Shown here: in pieces, positions 31,947 to 40,750 of the stretch | Position numbering within the stretch: position 1 is the first letter of the stretch | Layout of the letters: each line of letters opens with the position of its first letter | Source of the DNA: Candidatus Omnitrophota bacterium | Lineage (GTDB): Bacteria > Omnitrophota > Gorgyraeia > 2-02-FULL-51-18 | Direction: 5' to 3' | Length of the DNA stretch: 64,000 bases | Assembly (NCBI GenBank): GCA_016197155.1 | Contig: JACPWF010000024.1 | Span: 17,432 to 81,431 of the forward strand | Program-made: the position numbers and the translations under genes | The notes under the pieces: generated by a model | What the model saw: the letters and a program-made list of their open reading frames with translations, nothing else | What the model was told of the DNA's origin: nothing | The model's database searches: none

Positions 31947-33173
31947 ATGATCTCTTGCGAACAAGCTCTGAAACTCATCGAAGAAAATAATCCCTCTCCA
32001 AAAGAGGAGGAGGCATGGATTTCCGCGGCGCTGGGTCTTGTGTGCGCCGAAGACGTGAGAGCCCCCTTGGACCTGCCTTTGTACGACAATTCGGCAATGG
32101 ACGGATTCGTGTTGCGATCCGAAGATACCCGGACGGCGACAGCCGAAAAACCGGTTTTGTTGAGCATTCGAGGCGTTGTCAAAGCAGGGGATGATGGAAG
32201 GGTTCGTCTGGATGAGGGGAAAACTTACCGGATCATGACAGGCGCTCCGATCATTAAAGGAGGCGATGCGGTTCTCGAAAAAGAAAAGGCGTTTATTCAG
32301 GACAATTGTCTGGTGATGACTGCGCCGGCCCAAAAGGGAAGGAACATCCGATACCAGGCCGAAGAAGTAAAAAAATCCGAGTTGGCATTGCCCAAAGGCT
32401 CAGTGATCACTCCCGGCACCATCGGTTTTCTGGCGACGATGGGAATGAATAGAGTCACGGTTTATAAAAAACCCGCCATCTCTTTAATCACCACGGGCAG
32501 TGAGCTCACGGCTCCCGGCGGTTTATTGAGACCCGGAAAGATTTATGATTCGAACACCGCCATGATCCAGGCGGCCCTCGAGGAAATGAGAATTCGTCCT
32601 TTCTTTGTCCGGCGCTTTCATGATGTGCCGAAAACCATTCAAAAAGTGATGCGTTTTGCGTTGAAAGAAAGCGACATCGTGATTCTCATGGGGGGAGTCT
32701 CGGTCGGGGATTACGATTTTGTCAAAGGGTTGCTTGAAGAAGAAGGCGTGAAAACCATTTTCTGGAAGGTCAGTCAAAAGCCGGGGAAACCTTTGTATTT
32801 TGGCCGGAAAGAAAATCGTCTCGTTTTCGGTTTTCCGGGCAACCCTGCGAGCGTTTTCACCTGTTTCTACGAGTATGTTTACCCGGCGATCCGGCGCTTC
32901 ATGGGGTATCAAAATCCTTGTCTTTTTTCATCAAGGCTTAAACTCAAAGGATCTCTTAAGCCGGACCCTGAAAAAGTTTTATTCATTAAAAGTAAAATCG
33001 AAAACGGAGAAGACAAAGGAGTGCTCCCGCTGAGGCACCAGAAATCCCACATGATCTCTTCTTTATGCCAAGCGGACAGTTTCGTGGTGGTGCAGAATTC
33101 CGAAACCGTTCTTGAGGAAGGCGAAAAAGTTCTTGTCCACGCCCTTCCTTTTGCTTCGGAGGGCGTTTTGTGA
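31947..33173 (+). CDS. moeA: Molybdopterin molybdotransferase; start MISCEQA
   Basis: NSAMDGF, IMTGAP, GGVSVGDYD, KPGKP, PGNPAS. Confidence 0.95.
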   Translation: MISCEQALKLIEENNPSPKEEEAWISAALGLVCAEDVRAPLDLPLYDNSAMDGFVLRSEDTRTATAEKPVLLSIRGVVKAGDDGRVRLDEGKTYRIMTGAPIIKGGDAVLEKEKAFIQDNCLVMTAPAQKGRNIRYQAEEVKKSELALPKGSVITPGTIGFLATMGMNRVTVYKKPAISLITTGSELTAPGGLLRPGKIYDSNTAMIQAALEEMRIRPFFVRRFHDVPKTIQKVMRFALKESDIVILMGGVSVGDYDFVKGLLEEEGVKTIFWKVSQKPGKPLYFGRKENRLVFGFPGNPASVFTCFYEYVYPAIRRFMGYQNPCLFSSRLKLKGSLKPDPEKVLFIKSKIENGEDKGVLPLRHQKSHMISSLCQADSFVVVQNSETVLEEGEKVLVHALPFASEGVL

Positions 33174-33224
33174 CCCTTCGACAAGCTCAGGGTCATGGTG
33201 AGCGAGCGAAACGAGCCGAACCAT
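33171..33224. repeat. Tandem REP-like element filling the moeA-moaD gap
   Basis: GACCC-TTCGACAAGCTCA-GGGTC plus ATGG-TGAGC...CCGAA-CCAT. Confidence 0.78.
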
Positions 33225-33465
33225 GAAAATAAAAATCCTTTTTTTTGCCGAGCTTAGGGAAATTTTTGGGGGATCTCGATTTATCGACGTGAGAGAAGAC
33301 TTAACAGTCGGAGAAGTCGTGGACCTCTTGGAGGATGAACTCAACCAGTCTTATTCCAAAAGAGATTCTCTAATCTACGCGGTCAACGAAAATTTTGAAA
33401 CAACAGATAAAAAGCTAAAAAACCTCGATGAATTGGCGCTCATGACGCCCATGTCAGGGGGCTGA
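33223..33465 (+). CDS. moaD: Molybdopterin synthase sulfur carrier
   Basis: LFFAELRE, AVN, C-terminal PMSGG. Confidence 0.92.
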   Translation: MKIKILFFAELREIFGGSRFIDVREDLTVGEVVDLLEDELNQSYSKRDSLIYAVNENFETTDKKLKNLDELALMTPMSGG

Positions 33466-33891
33466 TTGTATCTCACGGCTGAGACGATAAATCTCCAAAG
33501 GTTCTTTTCCGAAGAGGCCCCGCCATCCTGCGGCGCGGCGGTCTCTTTTGCCGGAATGGTTAGAAACCATGATCATGGCCGTGCCGTCAAGAGTCTTTAC
33601 TACGACTGTTACCGCTCGATGGCGGAAAAAATGATAAAGGCTCTCATTGAAGAGGCTGAAATCCGATGGCAGATTGGAAAGGTGCGGGTGTTGCACCGCA
33701 TCGGCCATCTCGAAATCGGAGAGGTCGCTGTCGCCATCTCGGTGAGTTCCGCTCATCGTGCGGAGGCGTTTGAGGCCTGTCGATTTATGATTGAAGGAAT
33801 CAAAAAGAATGTTCCGATTTGGAAAAAAGAGATCTTTGAAGATGGGATGAGCGAGTGGGTGTCGTGCAAACACGCGGAGGCGGCCTCTTGA
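33466..33891 (+). CDS. moaE: Molybdopterin synthase catalytic subunit
   Basis: FAGMVRN, HRIG, SAHR, VPIWKKE. Confidence 0.94.
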   Translation: MYLTAETINLQRFFSEEAPPSCGAAVSFAGMVRNHDHGRAVKSLYYDCYRSMAEKMIKALIEEAEIRWQIGKVRVLHRIGHLEIGEVAVAISVSSAHRAEAFEACRFMIEGIKKNVPIWKKEIFEDGMSEWVSCKHAEAAS

Positions 33892-34463
33892 TCCGTGGGC
33901 TTGTGTTGGCAGGGGGGAAGAGTTCGCGTTTTGGCTCAAACAAGGCCGTCGCGAGTTATCAAGGCGTTCGTCTGATCGAGCGTGCCGTTTCGCTTTTGAA
34001 TGAATTAGATCTCAAGCCAATTGTGGCGGTTCGGAAAGACATGGATTATCCATTTTTGAAATGTGTAGCGATCCATGACAAATTACCGGATCAGGGTCCT
34101 TTGGGCGGTATTTATACGGCGATGACTATGTTTAAGAAAACACCCTTTTTAGTATTGACCTGCGACATGCCCCGACTGACACCGTCGGCCTTAGCAGAGC
34201 TTTTAGCCCGGCACGAAACACATTCTCTCATCACCGCTTATTCAACCCGAGACGAGACGCCTCAACCTTTTCCGGCAGTTTATGAACCCGTGCTTCTGGG
34301 CGCTGTCCGCGAGAAGTTAAAATGTGGTAACCTATCCATGCATGACTTGTTCGATCGAACTCCCACCAAAAAACTTATTCCATGGAAAGGAGAAAGCAAT
34401 ATTTTTATCAATATTAATTCCACACAAGCCCTAAAAATCTTGGAAACTCTATCCTCTGATTAG
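33888..34463 (+). CDS. mobA: Molybdenum cofactor guanylyltransferase
   Basis: VLAGGKSSRFGSNKA, GPLGGI, TCDMP, NIN. Confidence 0.92.
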   Translation: MIRGLVLAGGKSSRFGSNKAVASYQGVRLIERAVSLLNELDLKPIVAVRKDMDYPFLKCVAIHDKLPDQGPLGGIYTAMTMFKKTPFLVLTCDMPRLTPSALAELLARHETHSLITAYSTRDETPQPFPAVYEPVLLGAVREKLKCGNLSMHDLFDRTPTKKLIPWKGESNIFININSTQALKILETLSSD

Positions 34464-34547
34464 GATTTGAGGTTTCTCCTTCGTAAATTTTCCTTTTAAA
34501 ACGGCAGTATAGCCGCTATTCCGAAGGTTCTTTGTTTTATGCAAATA

Positions 34548-34604
34548 GGGTCGTGGATTCGACGCGCCGTGAGGAAATACTTTTCCTCACGGCTTGCTCA
34601 CCAC
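34548..34604 (+). repeat. Right 57-bp direct repeat of the nitrate island
   Basis: Matches 21428..21484 except loop AGTA changed to TACT (reverse complement). Confidence 0.88.
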
Positions 34605-34625
34605 TAAGTGGCCCGCTCATCAGAG

Positions 34626-35168
34626 TCAGGGAGCCTTCTTTGAGACGTCTTTGGAAAGAAAAGCGCCAGCTTCCTTTGCGGACAAGGAATGGTTTTTTAC
34701 CGAATGTTCGGCGACCTGCACCGAGAGAGGCAGATCGGTCTTTTGTAAACGGACGATCTGATAGGGAGACGTAAATTCCTGCGTCGCAAGGCCGCCCCCT
34801 CCATTGGTTTCGAGAAAAACATAAAGCCAGCCAGCCCCTTCCTCGATTTTTTTCACTTGAATGGTATAACCCCCCGTCGATTGGACTCCCATAAGGCAAG
34901 CGATGACCATTTCTTTTTCGAAATCAATTTTTGGCAACGAGGGAGCCGGTTCGGGGAAAGTCTCAATTTTAATCCTTGACCAAAATTTTTCCCATGCGGC
35001 ATTCGCGCGAATCACAACCACCGTTTCCTTTCCCTCATAACCGCAGTTGTCACCCGAAATAACTTCTTGGTACGCGATGCCCCCGTATAAATCCGAGGCA
35101 AATACCGTGTTTTTCATCAATCCAAATAAAATAAAAAGAAATATGGGAAGAGCCGATTTTTTGTTCAT
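34626..35168 (-). CDS. Secreted protein with PrcB C-terminal domain; start MNKKSALP
   Basis: IDFEKEMVIACLMG.QSTGGY.I.V...TQ.FTSPYQIV pattern; signal peptide. Confidence 0.7.
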   Translation of the reverse strand: MNKKSALPIFLFILFGLMKNTVFASDLYGGIAYQEVISGDNCGYEGKETVVVIRANAAWEKFWSRIKIETFPEPAPSLPKIDFEKEMVIACLMGVQSTGGYTIQVKKIEEGAGWLYVFLETNGGGGLATQEFTSPYQIVRLQKTDLPLSVQVAEHSVKNHSLSAKEAGAFLSKDVSKKAP

Positions 35169-37060
35169 GAGCTGTCTGCTCTCCTGATGGGGAATCTCAA
35201 GATCTCTTCGTGTTTCAAATAAGAGCATGTGACCAAAAGCACCCAGCCCTCGTTTTCTCTGACGCCGGAGGCGGAGGGAAACGTCACCGATCCGCCTTCT
35301 CCGAAATGATAATGAGGCGGCTCCCCGTCTTTGAGAGGCTCAACCCATTCGCCTTTAGGGCTTAGCAATGTAACGGCTCTAATAAGTCCTTGTCCGTTTT
35401 TGCCTAGAATTTCCTTGGTGCTATTGGCCAGCATGCCGGCTCCAAAAAAAACGCCGCGCATGTCCCAATTCACCGAAGGATTGAGCCTGACCTCAAAGCC
35501 GCTTGGCGTGCTTTTATATTCCGGTTTCAGTCGAAGCCACCCGACAACAAAGTCTCCAAAATTATCCCCGTTCTTTCGGTCATGATGGTAAAAAAAGAAT
35601 TGTTTCGATAAAGCCGGACGTTCTTCGTTTCTGGTGTCCACGGACGCGATCAGCGCCGCACGCGCGGCCAAAAGCATAAGCCAGGGGGATTCGGAATTCA
35701 AACCCTTTTCTACCAAAGCTTGCGCGCGCTTTTGATCCGCGGCAAACGGCGCTTGAGCGGCCTTGGCCAGCGCTTCGTTATACAAAATGAGCGACCACGC
35801 ATTTTGATCGGGATCTTGCAGAAGAGAATTCCAGGTCTTTTCAAAGTGATCCATGAGAAGGCCTATTTTGAGCCTCGCCAACACAAGCGAGAACTGGGGC
35901 CGGAGAGAACGGTCCTCATTTTGATCCAAAAGCTGATAAAGTCCGATGATGGGCCTCAGTTGGCCCGCGTCCCAAAGCGCCAGGGCGGAAAAAGCCAGCG
36001 ACCGAGAGGTGTGTTGGGTTGTGGGCTGATTGTTGATGTTTTCAATGGCAGGAATGGCCCCTTCCGCCATCAGGTAACCAATGATCTTCGTGCGAGGGGA
36101 TTCATAGCCGGTTTTTACCGATTGATACAGATCGGCTAAATTTAAAACGGCGCCGGCCAAAATTTCCACGCTACGCTGATAAGCGCCCGAATCTTTCCCG
36201 GCGCTTGACCGTTCCAAAATATAATACATTTGAAGAACCGGCCATGCTTTTTCGGGGTTTAACGGAAAAAGCACCTGCAAAGCTCTCATTCGTACCTCCG
36301 GCGACCTATCCGCCAGCCCTTTTTCTATCAGTGGCATGGCCTCGCTTTCAAAAGACGCAGGAATTTTCCACAAAAGTTCCATGGCTTTTGCGCGAACCCA
36401 CCATTTTTCATGAGTGATGGCTTCACCTGCGAGGGCAATGCGTTCGGCCGGGTCGATTCGCCCGGTTTCTTGTGCCCAAACCAAGGCGGCGGCCAACCGC
36501 ACATCGAAGGATTGACGGCCCAATGCTTCGCGAAACGCGGCATAATTTTCCATGCCCATGAGACGATAAAGTCCCCGGAAAATTTCTATCCGGGTAAAAA
36601 GATTTAATGAGTCCCTATGGAGTAAATTTTTTAAGGTGTCTATGTCCGACTCGGTGGCCGTATCCACGAAAGTGCGCATCGTCGAATAAAAAACCGCGTA
36701 GTTTCTTTTGACCGGCGCGGTGGGTTCAAAAAGAGCCTCGACGGCCAGGCGGATCTTGGCCAGGCATTCTTTGACCGCCGGGTCATTTCTGTCGAGACGG
36801 CTTGAATCCAAGAGGCCGCAAACGCTCGAGGGGGTGAGTGTGTTGGTCCATGCGTAAGCATCCCCGTCAATAAGCTCCGCGGGAATGTCGGCAAGACCCC
36901 AAAAAAAAGGTTGCCACCGGTCGCGGGGCTTTAATCGAAGCGTGACGCCCTGGGTTTCTCCGGGAAAGACAAAGGCCTCGGTGGAATAAATCACGGGGGT
37001 TTCGGCTTGCAAAGGCGAAAGAATAAAAAACGAGATCAAGGTCAAAAAAACCGCTCTCAC
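35165..37060 (-). CDS. Secreted HEAT-repeat protein
   Basis: Signal peptide; repeats FDVRLAAA, WWVRAKAM, LADRSPEVRMRAL. Confidence 0.65.
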   Translation of the reverse strand: MRAVFLTLISFFILSPLQAETPVIYSTEAFVFPGETQGVTLRLKPRDRWQPFFWGLADIPAELIDGDAYAWTNTLTPSSVCGLLDSSRLDRNDPAVKECLAKIRLAVEALFEPTAPVKRNYAVFYSTMRTFVDTATESDIDTLKNLLHRDSLNLFTRIEIFRGLYRLMGMENYAAFREALGRQSFDVRLAAALVWAQETGRIDPAERIALAGEAITHEKWWVRAKAMELLWKIPASFESEAMPLIEKGLADRSPEVRMRALQVLFPLNPEKAWPVLQMYYILERSSAGKDSGAYQRSVEILAGAVLNLADLYQSVKTGYESPRTKIIGYLMAEGAIPAIENINNQPTTQHTSRSLAFSALALWDAGQLRPIIGLYQLLDQNEDRSLRPQFSLVLARLKIGLLMDHFEKTWNSLLQDPDQNAWSLILYNEALAKAAQAPFAADQKRAQALVEKGLNSESPWLMLLAARAALIASVDTRNEERPALSKQFFFYHHDRKNGDNFGDFVVGWLRLKPEYKSTPSGFEVRLNPSVNWDMRGVFFGAGMLANSTKEILGKNGQGLIRAVTLLSPKGEWVEPLKDGEPPHYHFGEGGSVTFPSASGVRENEGWVLLVTCSYLKHEEILRFPIRRADSS

Positions 37061-38292
37061 TCTTTTTTATCCACCCATTTTTGCAACAATTTTTCCTGTT
37101 CTTCGGCGTCCAGTTTTTCCTGCTGTTCTTCGGAGGGCGCTCCGGCATATTCCCGCAAAGCGCTTCCTCCCTCTTTCCCTTCCCGAAGCCGGTCACGTTT
37201 TTCTCTTTCTTTCGCGGGAATCAAGCCCGGAGCCACTTTGTACGCTTGATCATAAAACCAGTCTCTTGCGCCGCCGGCTTTCTTTTTCGCTTCTTTCATA
37301 TCGAGGCCGGCATTTTTTGATATTTCGTAAGGAAGATTTTCGACATGCTCTGACAATCGGGCTTTATTTTCTTCGGTGGGGTTATCCATCGTTCGGTTGG
37401 CTTTATCCATGCCTTCGGCCGTGGCCTGGACCGCGCCCGCGGCGGGCTTCGCCAATACTCCCACGACGGGTCCGCCGCCATATTTGGCGGCCAGCTCCGC
37501 CGCCTTTGTCGCGCCAGACCTTTCATCCCGTATGGTCTCACCGAGGGACCTGGCGCCTTTCAGCGCGTCGGCTGTTTTTCCGGCGGCTTTACCGGTCATC
37601 CCAAATCCCCCGGCTTTGGCGCTCCATTTCACGCCTTTGGCTGTGTCATAAGCCTCCTTCAAAACGTCAATCTTCTTGTCTGCCTCCGGTTCACTTATTT
37701 GGGGTCCGGAATTTGTTTTGGTCTGAAATTCGGATGGCTCAGGAAGCGGTTCTTGGGTCTCGTGCGAAAGAGGCTTGCTGTCAAACTCAGGTTGCGGTTT
37801 AAAAACAACTCCGTCTGTGCCGTCGGAATAAAGCGCCTTGAGCGCCTCCGGAGGAAGATCCATCAGAGAAGTGGATTCAGGAAGCCCGGCTTTTCTCAAA
37901 GCCTCTTTTTCCTCGGGAAGATCCGCGGGAACGTGGCGTTTGCGGGGGACCTCGACCGGCGGGACCACCCGAGGCGGTGAAGCCGGAACGGCGATGTCGT
38001 TGTTCTTTTTTGCGCTTTTTGGCGGTTGGATGGCCGGAGGAGCCGGTTGGGTTGGTTTTCGATCCATATCGGCGCGGGCGCGCCTGACAAAATCCGAGAA
38101 TTTTTCGTCCGACGGTCCGTCAGGCAATTCCCCCGCTTTGGCACGATCTTCCGGGGGACCCTTAACCGCGTCTTCAAGATCGCCCAACGCCCCGATGACA
38201 CCGCCTCGATTTTTGCCGGGGGCCGGTTCATTCTCGGCATAACCCGGACTGACAAAAAAAACAAAGAAAAGAAAAATAAAAAATTTTTTCAT
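37057..38292 (-). CDS. Secreted Pro/Lys/Glu-rich hypothetical protein
   Basis: Signal peptide MKKFFIFLFFVFFVSPGYA; 4-bp overlaps with both neighbours. Confidence 0.65.
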   Translation of the reverse strand: MKKFFIFLFFVFFVSPGYAENEPAPGKNRGGVIGALGDLEDAVKGPPEDRAKAGELPDGPSDEKFSDFVRRARADMDRKPTQPAPPAIQPPKSAKKNNDIAVPASPPRVVPPVEVPRKRHVPADLPEEKEALRKAGLPESTSLMDLPPEALKALYSDGTDGVVFKPQPEFDSKPLSHETQEPLPEPSEFQTKTNSGPQISEPEADKKIDVLKEAYDTAKGVKWSAKAGGFGMTGKAAGKTADALKGARSLGETIRDERSGATKAAELAAKYGGGPVVGVLAKPAAGAVQATAEGMDKANRTMDNPTEENKARLSEHVENLPYEISKNAGLDMKEAKKKAGGARDWFYDQAYKVAPGLIPAKEREKRDRLREGKEGGSALREYAGAPSEEQQEKLDAEEQEKLLQKWVDKKE

Positions 38293-38756
38293 TTCATTCT
38301 TTTTTCATCCGATTCTTTAAAAATAGCCATGAGCGACGCTGCGTCATTTTTAAGGTATTCGGCGCCGGCGGACATCGACTCTCGCAACCCTTTCTTAAAT
38401 TCGATGGCGCCCAGGCGATAAAGAAACACAAGGCCCGCCAAAAGAAAAAAAACGACGAGGCGGACCCTGAGGCTTTTGGCGGCAAAAAGCCATCCAAACA
38501 CAAATCCGGTCAAGGCCCAGAAACAAAAAATAAAGGGCCAATGGGGACTGCCTCCAAAAACTGACGGAGAAAGCCTAAGTCGCGCCAAAATGATTTCGGC
38601 CAACACCGATGGGGCGGCCGCAGAGGTAGCCAAGATAAATTCGGAAGTTCGTCCGATAGATCCGTTATTGGCCAGGGCGCTGACCATAAAGCCGGCCCCG
38701 GCAATTAACACGCCAACGATAATTCCTATTTTAATGGGGCGCATAAATTTTCTCAC
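38289..38756 (-). CDS. Hypothetical membrane protein
   Basis: 3-4 hydrophobic segments; first gene of an overlapping operon. Confidence 0.6.
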   Translation of the reverse strand: MRKFMRPIKIGIIVGVLIAGAGFMVSALANNGSIGRTSEFILATSAAAPSVLAEIILARLRLSPSVFGGSPHWPFIFCFWALTGFVFGWLFAAKSLRVRLVVFFLLAGLVFLYRLGAIEFKKGLRESMSAGAEYLKNDAASLMAIFKESDEKRMK

Positions 38757-38970
38757 GGGTTCATGAATAGTATATCAAATTTTTAGTTATAAAAATAATA
38801 TAAGGGAGTAAATACCTTCGGGCCGGACTGCCGGTGAGGCTCGTCCATTCGGAAAACTTTAAGAATCAATCCTCCGCGCTCAAGCGCGAAACGAAAATCA
38901 AACGCCGGCCGCGCAGGAAGAAGCTGGTTTTAATAGCCGGCGGTCGCGTGGTAAAATACTCCCCGTAGCC

Positions 38971-39345
38971 ATGACAAAAATTCTTTATCTGGGAATCGGA
39001 AGTCTCGCGGGGGGCCTCGCGAGATATTTTCTGGCAGGAACCGTCCATAAAAGTTTTGGGACAGGCTTTCCTTATGGGACGCTGGCGGTGAATCTCCTGG
39101 GTTGTTTTGCGATCGGATTCCTCGGCGCGGTCGCGGAGGAGCGGTTTTTTCTGGGGCCGGAGGGAAAAATTCTTCTCATGACCGGTTTCTGCGGGGCGTT
39201 CACGACATTTTCCACTTTTATGTTTGAGACCGGGAATCTCATGAAAGACGGTGAGTTTAGCCGGGCCTTTTTGAATGTGGCGGCGAGCCTCGTGGCGGGG
39301 TTCGCCGTTTATCGTTTGGGTATTCTCCTGGGGCAGAGGATTTAA
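38971..39345 (+). CDS. crcB: Fluoride channel Fluc/CrcB
   Basis: FPYGTLAVNLLG, TGFCGAFTTFSTF. Confidence 0.96.
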   Translation: MTKILYLGIGSLAGGLARYFLAGTVHKSFGTGFPYGTLAVNLLGCFAIGFLGAVAEERFFLGPEGKILLMTGFCGAFTTFSTFMFETGNLMKDGEFSRAFLNVAASLVAGFAVYRLGILLGQRI

Positions 39346-39359
39346 CCGGAGGCTGGAAG

Positions 39360-39695
39360 ATGAAAATTCCGTCGGATGGGAAACTTTTAAGGATCTTCGT
39401 CGGCGAAACGGACAAGTGGCATGGGAAACCGCTTTACGAGGAGATCGTTCTCTTGGCGAGAAAGGAAGGCCTGGCGGGCGCCACCGCCATTAAAGGATTC
39501 ATGGGATTCGGGCGAAACAGCCGCATCCACACCGCGAAAATCCTGAGACTCTCGGAAGACCTTCCCGTTGTCGTTGAAATCGTGGACAGCGAGGAGAAAA
39601 TAAACCAGTTTCTTCCTCGTCTCGACGCGATGGTGAGGGAGGGCCTTGTGACACTGGAGAAGGCCAACGTGATTTTGTACCGGTCCGGAGACTAA
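39360..39695 (+). CDS. DUF190 PII-like protein
   Basis: LLRIFVGETDKW.GKPLY, GLAGAT, LSEDLPVVVEIVD; usual crcB partner. Confidence 0.92.
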   Translation: MKIPSDGKLLRIFVGETDKWHGKPLYEEIVLLARKEGLAGATAIKGFMGFGRNSRIHTAKILRLSEDLPVVVEIVDSEEKINQFLPRLDAMVREGLVTLEKANVILYRSGD

Positions 39696-39708
39696 CCTGG
39701 AGGGAGCC

Positions 39709-40137
39709 ATGTGCCAAGAAATCCTGTTCGGTGAGTCGGTGAAGGGAAAGGGAGGATTTGCGCTTTTCGGCCTGCGCGTGGTCGCGGGGCTGGCGTTTAT
39801 TCAGCACGGTTGGCCGCTGTTTCAGCACGCGTTCACGTGGATGGGGGCGAATTCACAGGTGCCCGGATTTTTACAGGCGCTGGCCGCATTTTCGGAATTC
39901 TGCGGGGGCATGGCGCTCGTCGCGGGGCTTTTGACGCGGCTGGCCGCGCTCGGCCTCTGGTGCGTCATGAGCTACGCGCTGTTTCTGGTTCACATTCCCC
40001 ACGGAGACCCTTTTGTTTCGCCGACAGGCGGGGCGTCGTATGAACTGGCCGCCGTTTACTGGGTGATCATGCTGGCCCTCATGCTGAGAGGCGGCGGACT
40101 TTTTTCACTCGACGGCCTTTTTTCCAAAAAACGCTAA
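39709..40137 (+). CDS. DoxX family membrane protein
   Basis: LRVVAGLAFIQHG, E..GG...GLLTRLAA, YEL, G.FSLD. Confidence 0.88.
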   Translation: MCQEILFGESVKGKGGFALFGLRVVAGLAFIQHGWPLFQHAFTWMGANSQVPGFLQALAAFSEFCGGMALVAGLLTRLAALGLWCVMSYALFLVHIPHGDPFVSPTGGASYELAAVYWVIMLALMLRGGGLFSLDGLFSKKR

Positions 40138-40153
40138 AGGACGGATCGAAAAG

Positions 40154-40750
40154 ATGTTTTACGAACCCTCAGAGTTTCCGTTCACAAAACGGCTTGAGGT
40201 CTCTTACGGCAAAATAAAAGAGGAAATGGAAAACCTCACGCTTGGGCGTTTCAAGCCCTGGTACGAAAAAGATCTCTACACGAATCTTTGGCTGGTGTAC
40301 GGGCTTTACGCGATGGGGAATAAATTGAAGGACAACTGCGCCCTCTGCCCCGAGACGGTGAAAATCCTCGAAGAGGTCCCGGATCTCACGACGGCGGGTT
40401 TTTCGGCGCTCCTGCCGGGCACGCACATCAAGCCGCACGAGGGATTCACGAAAATGGTCCTGCGCTGTCACCTCGGACTTTCGGTGCCCGAGCCTGGGAC
40501 CTGCGCGCTCAAAGTGAACGGCGTCGAGCGCTCCTGGCGGGAGGGCCGGTGCCTCATCTTTGACGACACGATGACCCACGAGGCCTGGAACAAGGGCGAA
40601 AAGCCGCGTATCGTTCTTCTCATTGATTTCAAAAATAAAAAAAGACCCCTGCCGCTTTCCAAAAAAATCGAGTTCTCGGTCGTCTCGCGCCTGGTCGGGG
40701 TTGTGTACCCGTTCCTGTACGGGACGAGGAAAGAGAAGACGTCAGTTTGA
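40154..40750 (+). CDS. Aspartyl/asparaginyl beta-hydroxylase family protein
   Basis: FSALLPGTHIKPH, LRCHLGL, WREG..IFDD..HEAWN, RIVL. Confidence 0.88.
   Translation: MFYEPSEFPFTKRLEVSYGKIKEEMENLTLGRFKPWYEKDLYTNLWLVYGLYAMGNKLKDNCALCPETVKILEEVPDLTTAGFSALLPGTHIKPHEGFTKMVLRCHLGLSVPEPGTCALKVNGVERSWREGRCLIFDDTMTHEAWNKGEKPRIVLLIDFKNKKRPLPLSKKIEFSVVSRLVGVVYPFLYGTRKEKTSV

Larger units (their letters stand above)
21485..34547. mobile_element. Putative genomic island: nitrate assimilation and Moco biosynthesis
   Basis: Flanked by direct repeats next to a tRNA 3' end; self-contained function; no integrase seen. Confidence 0.6.
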
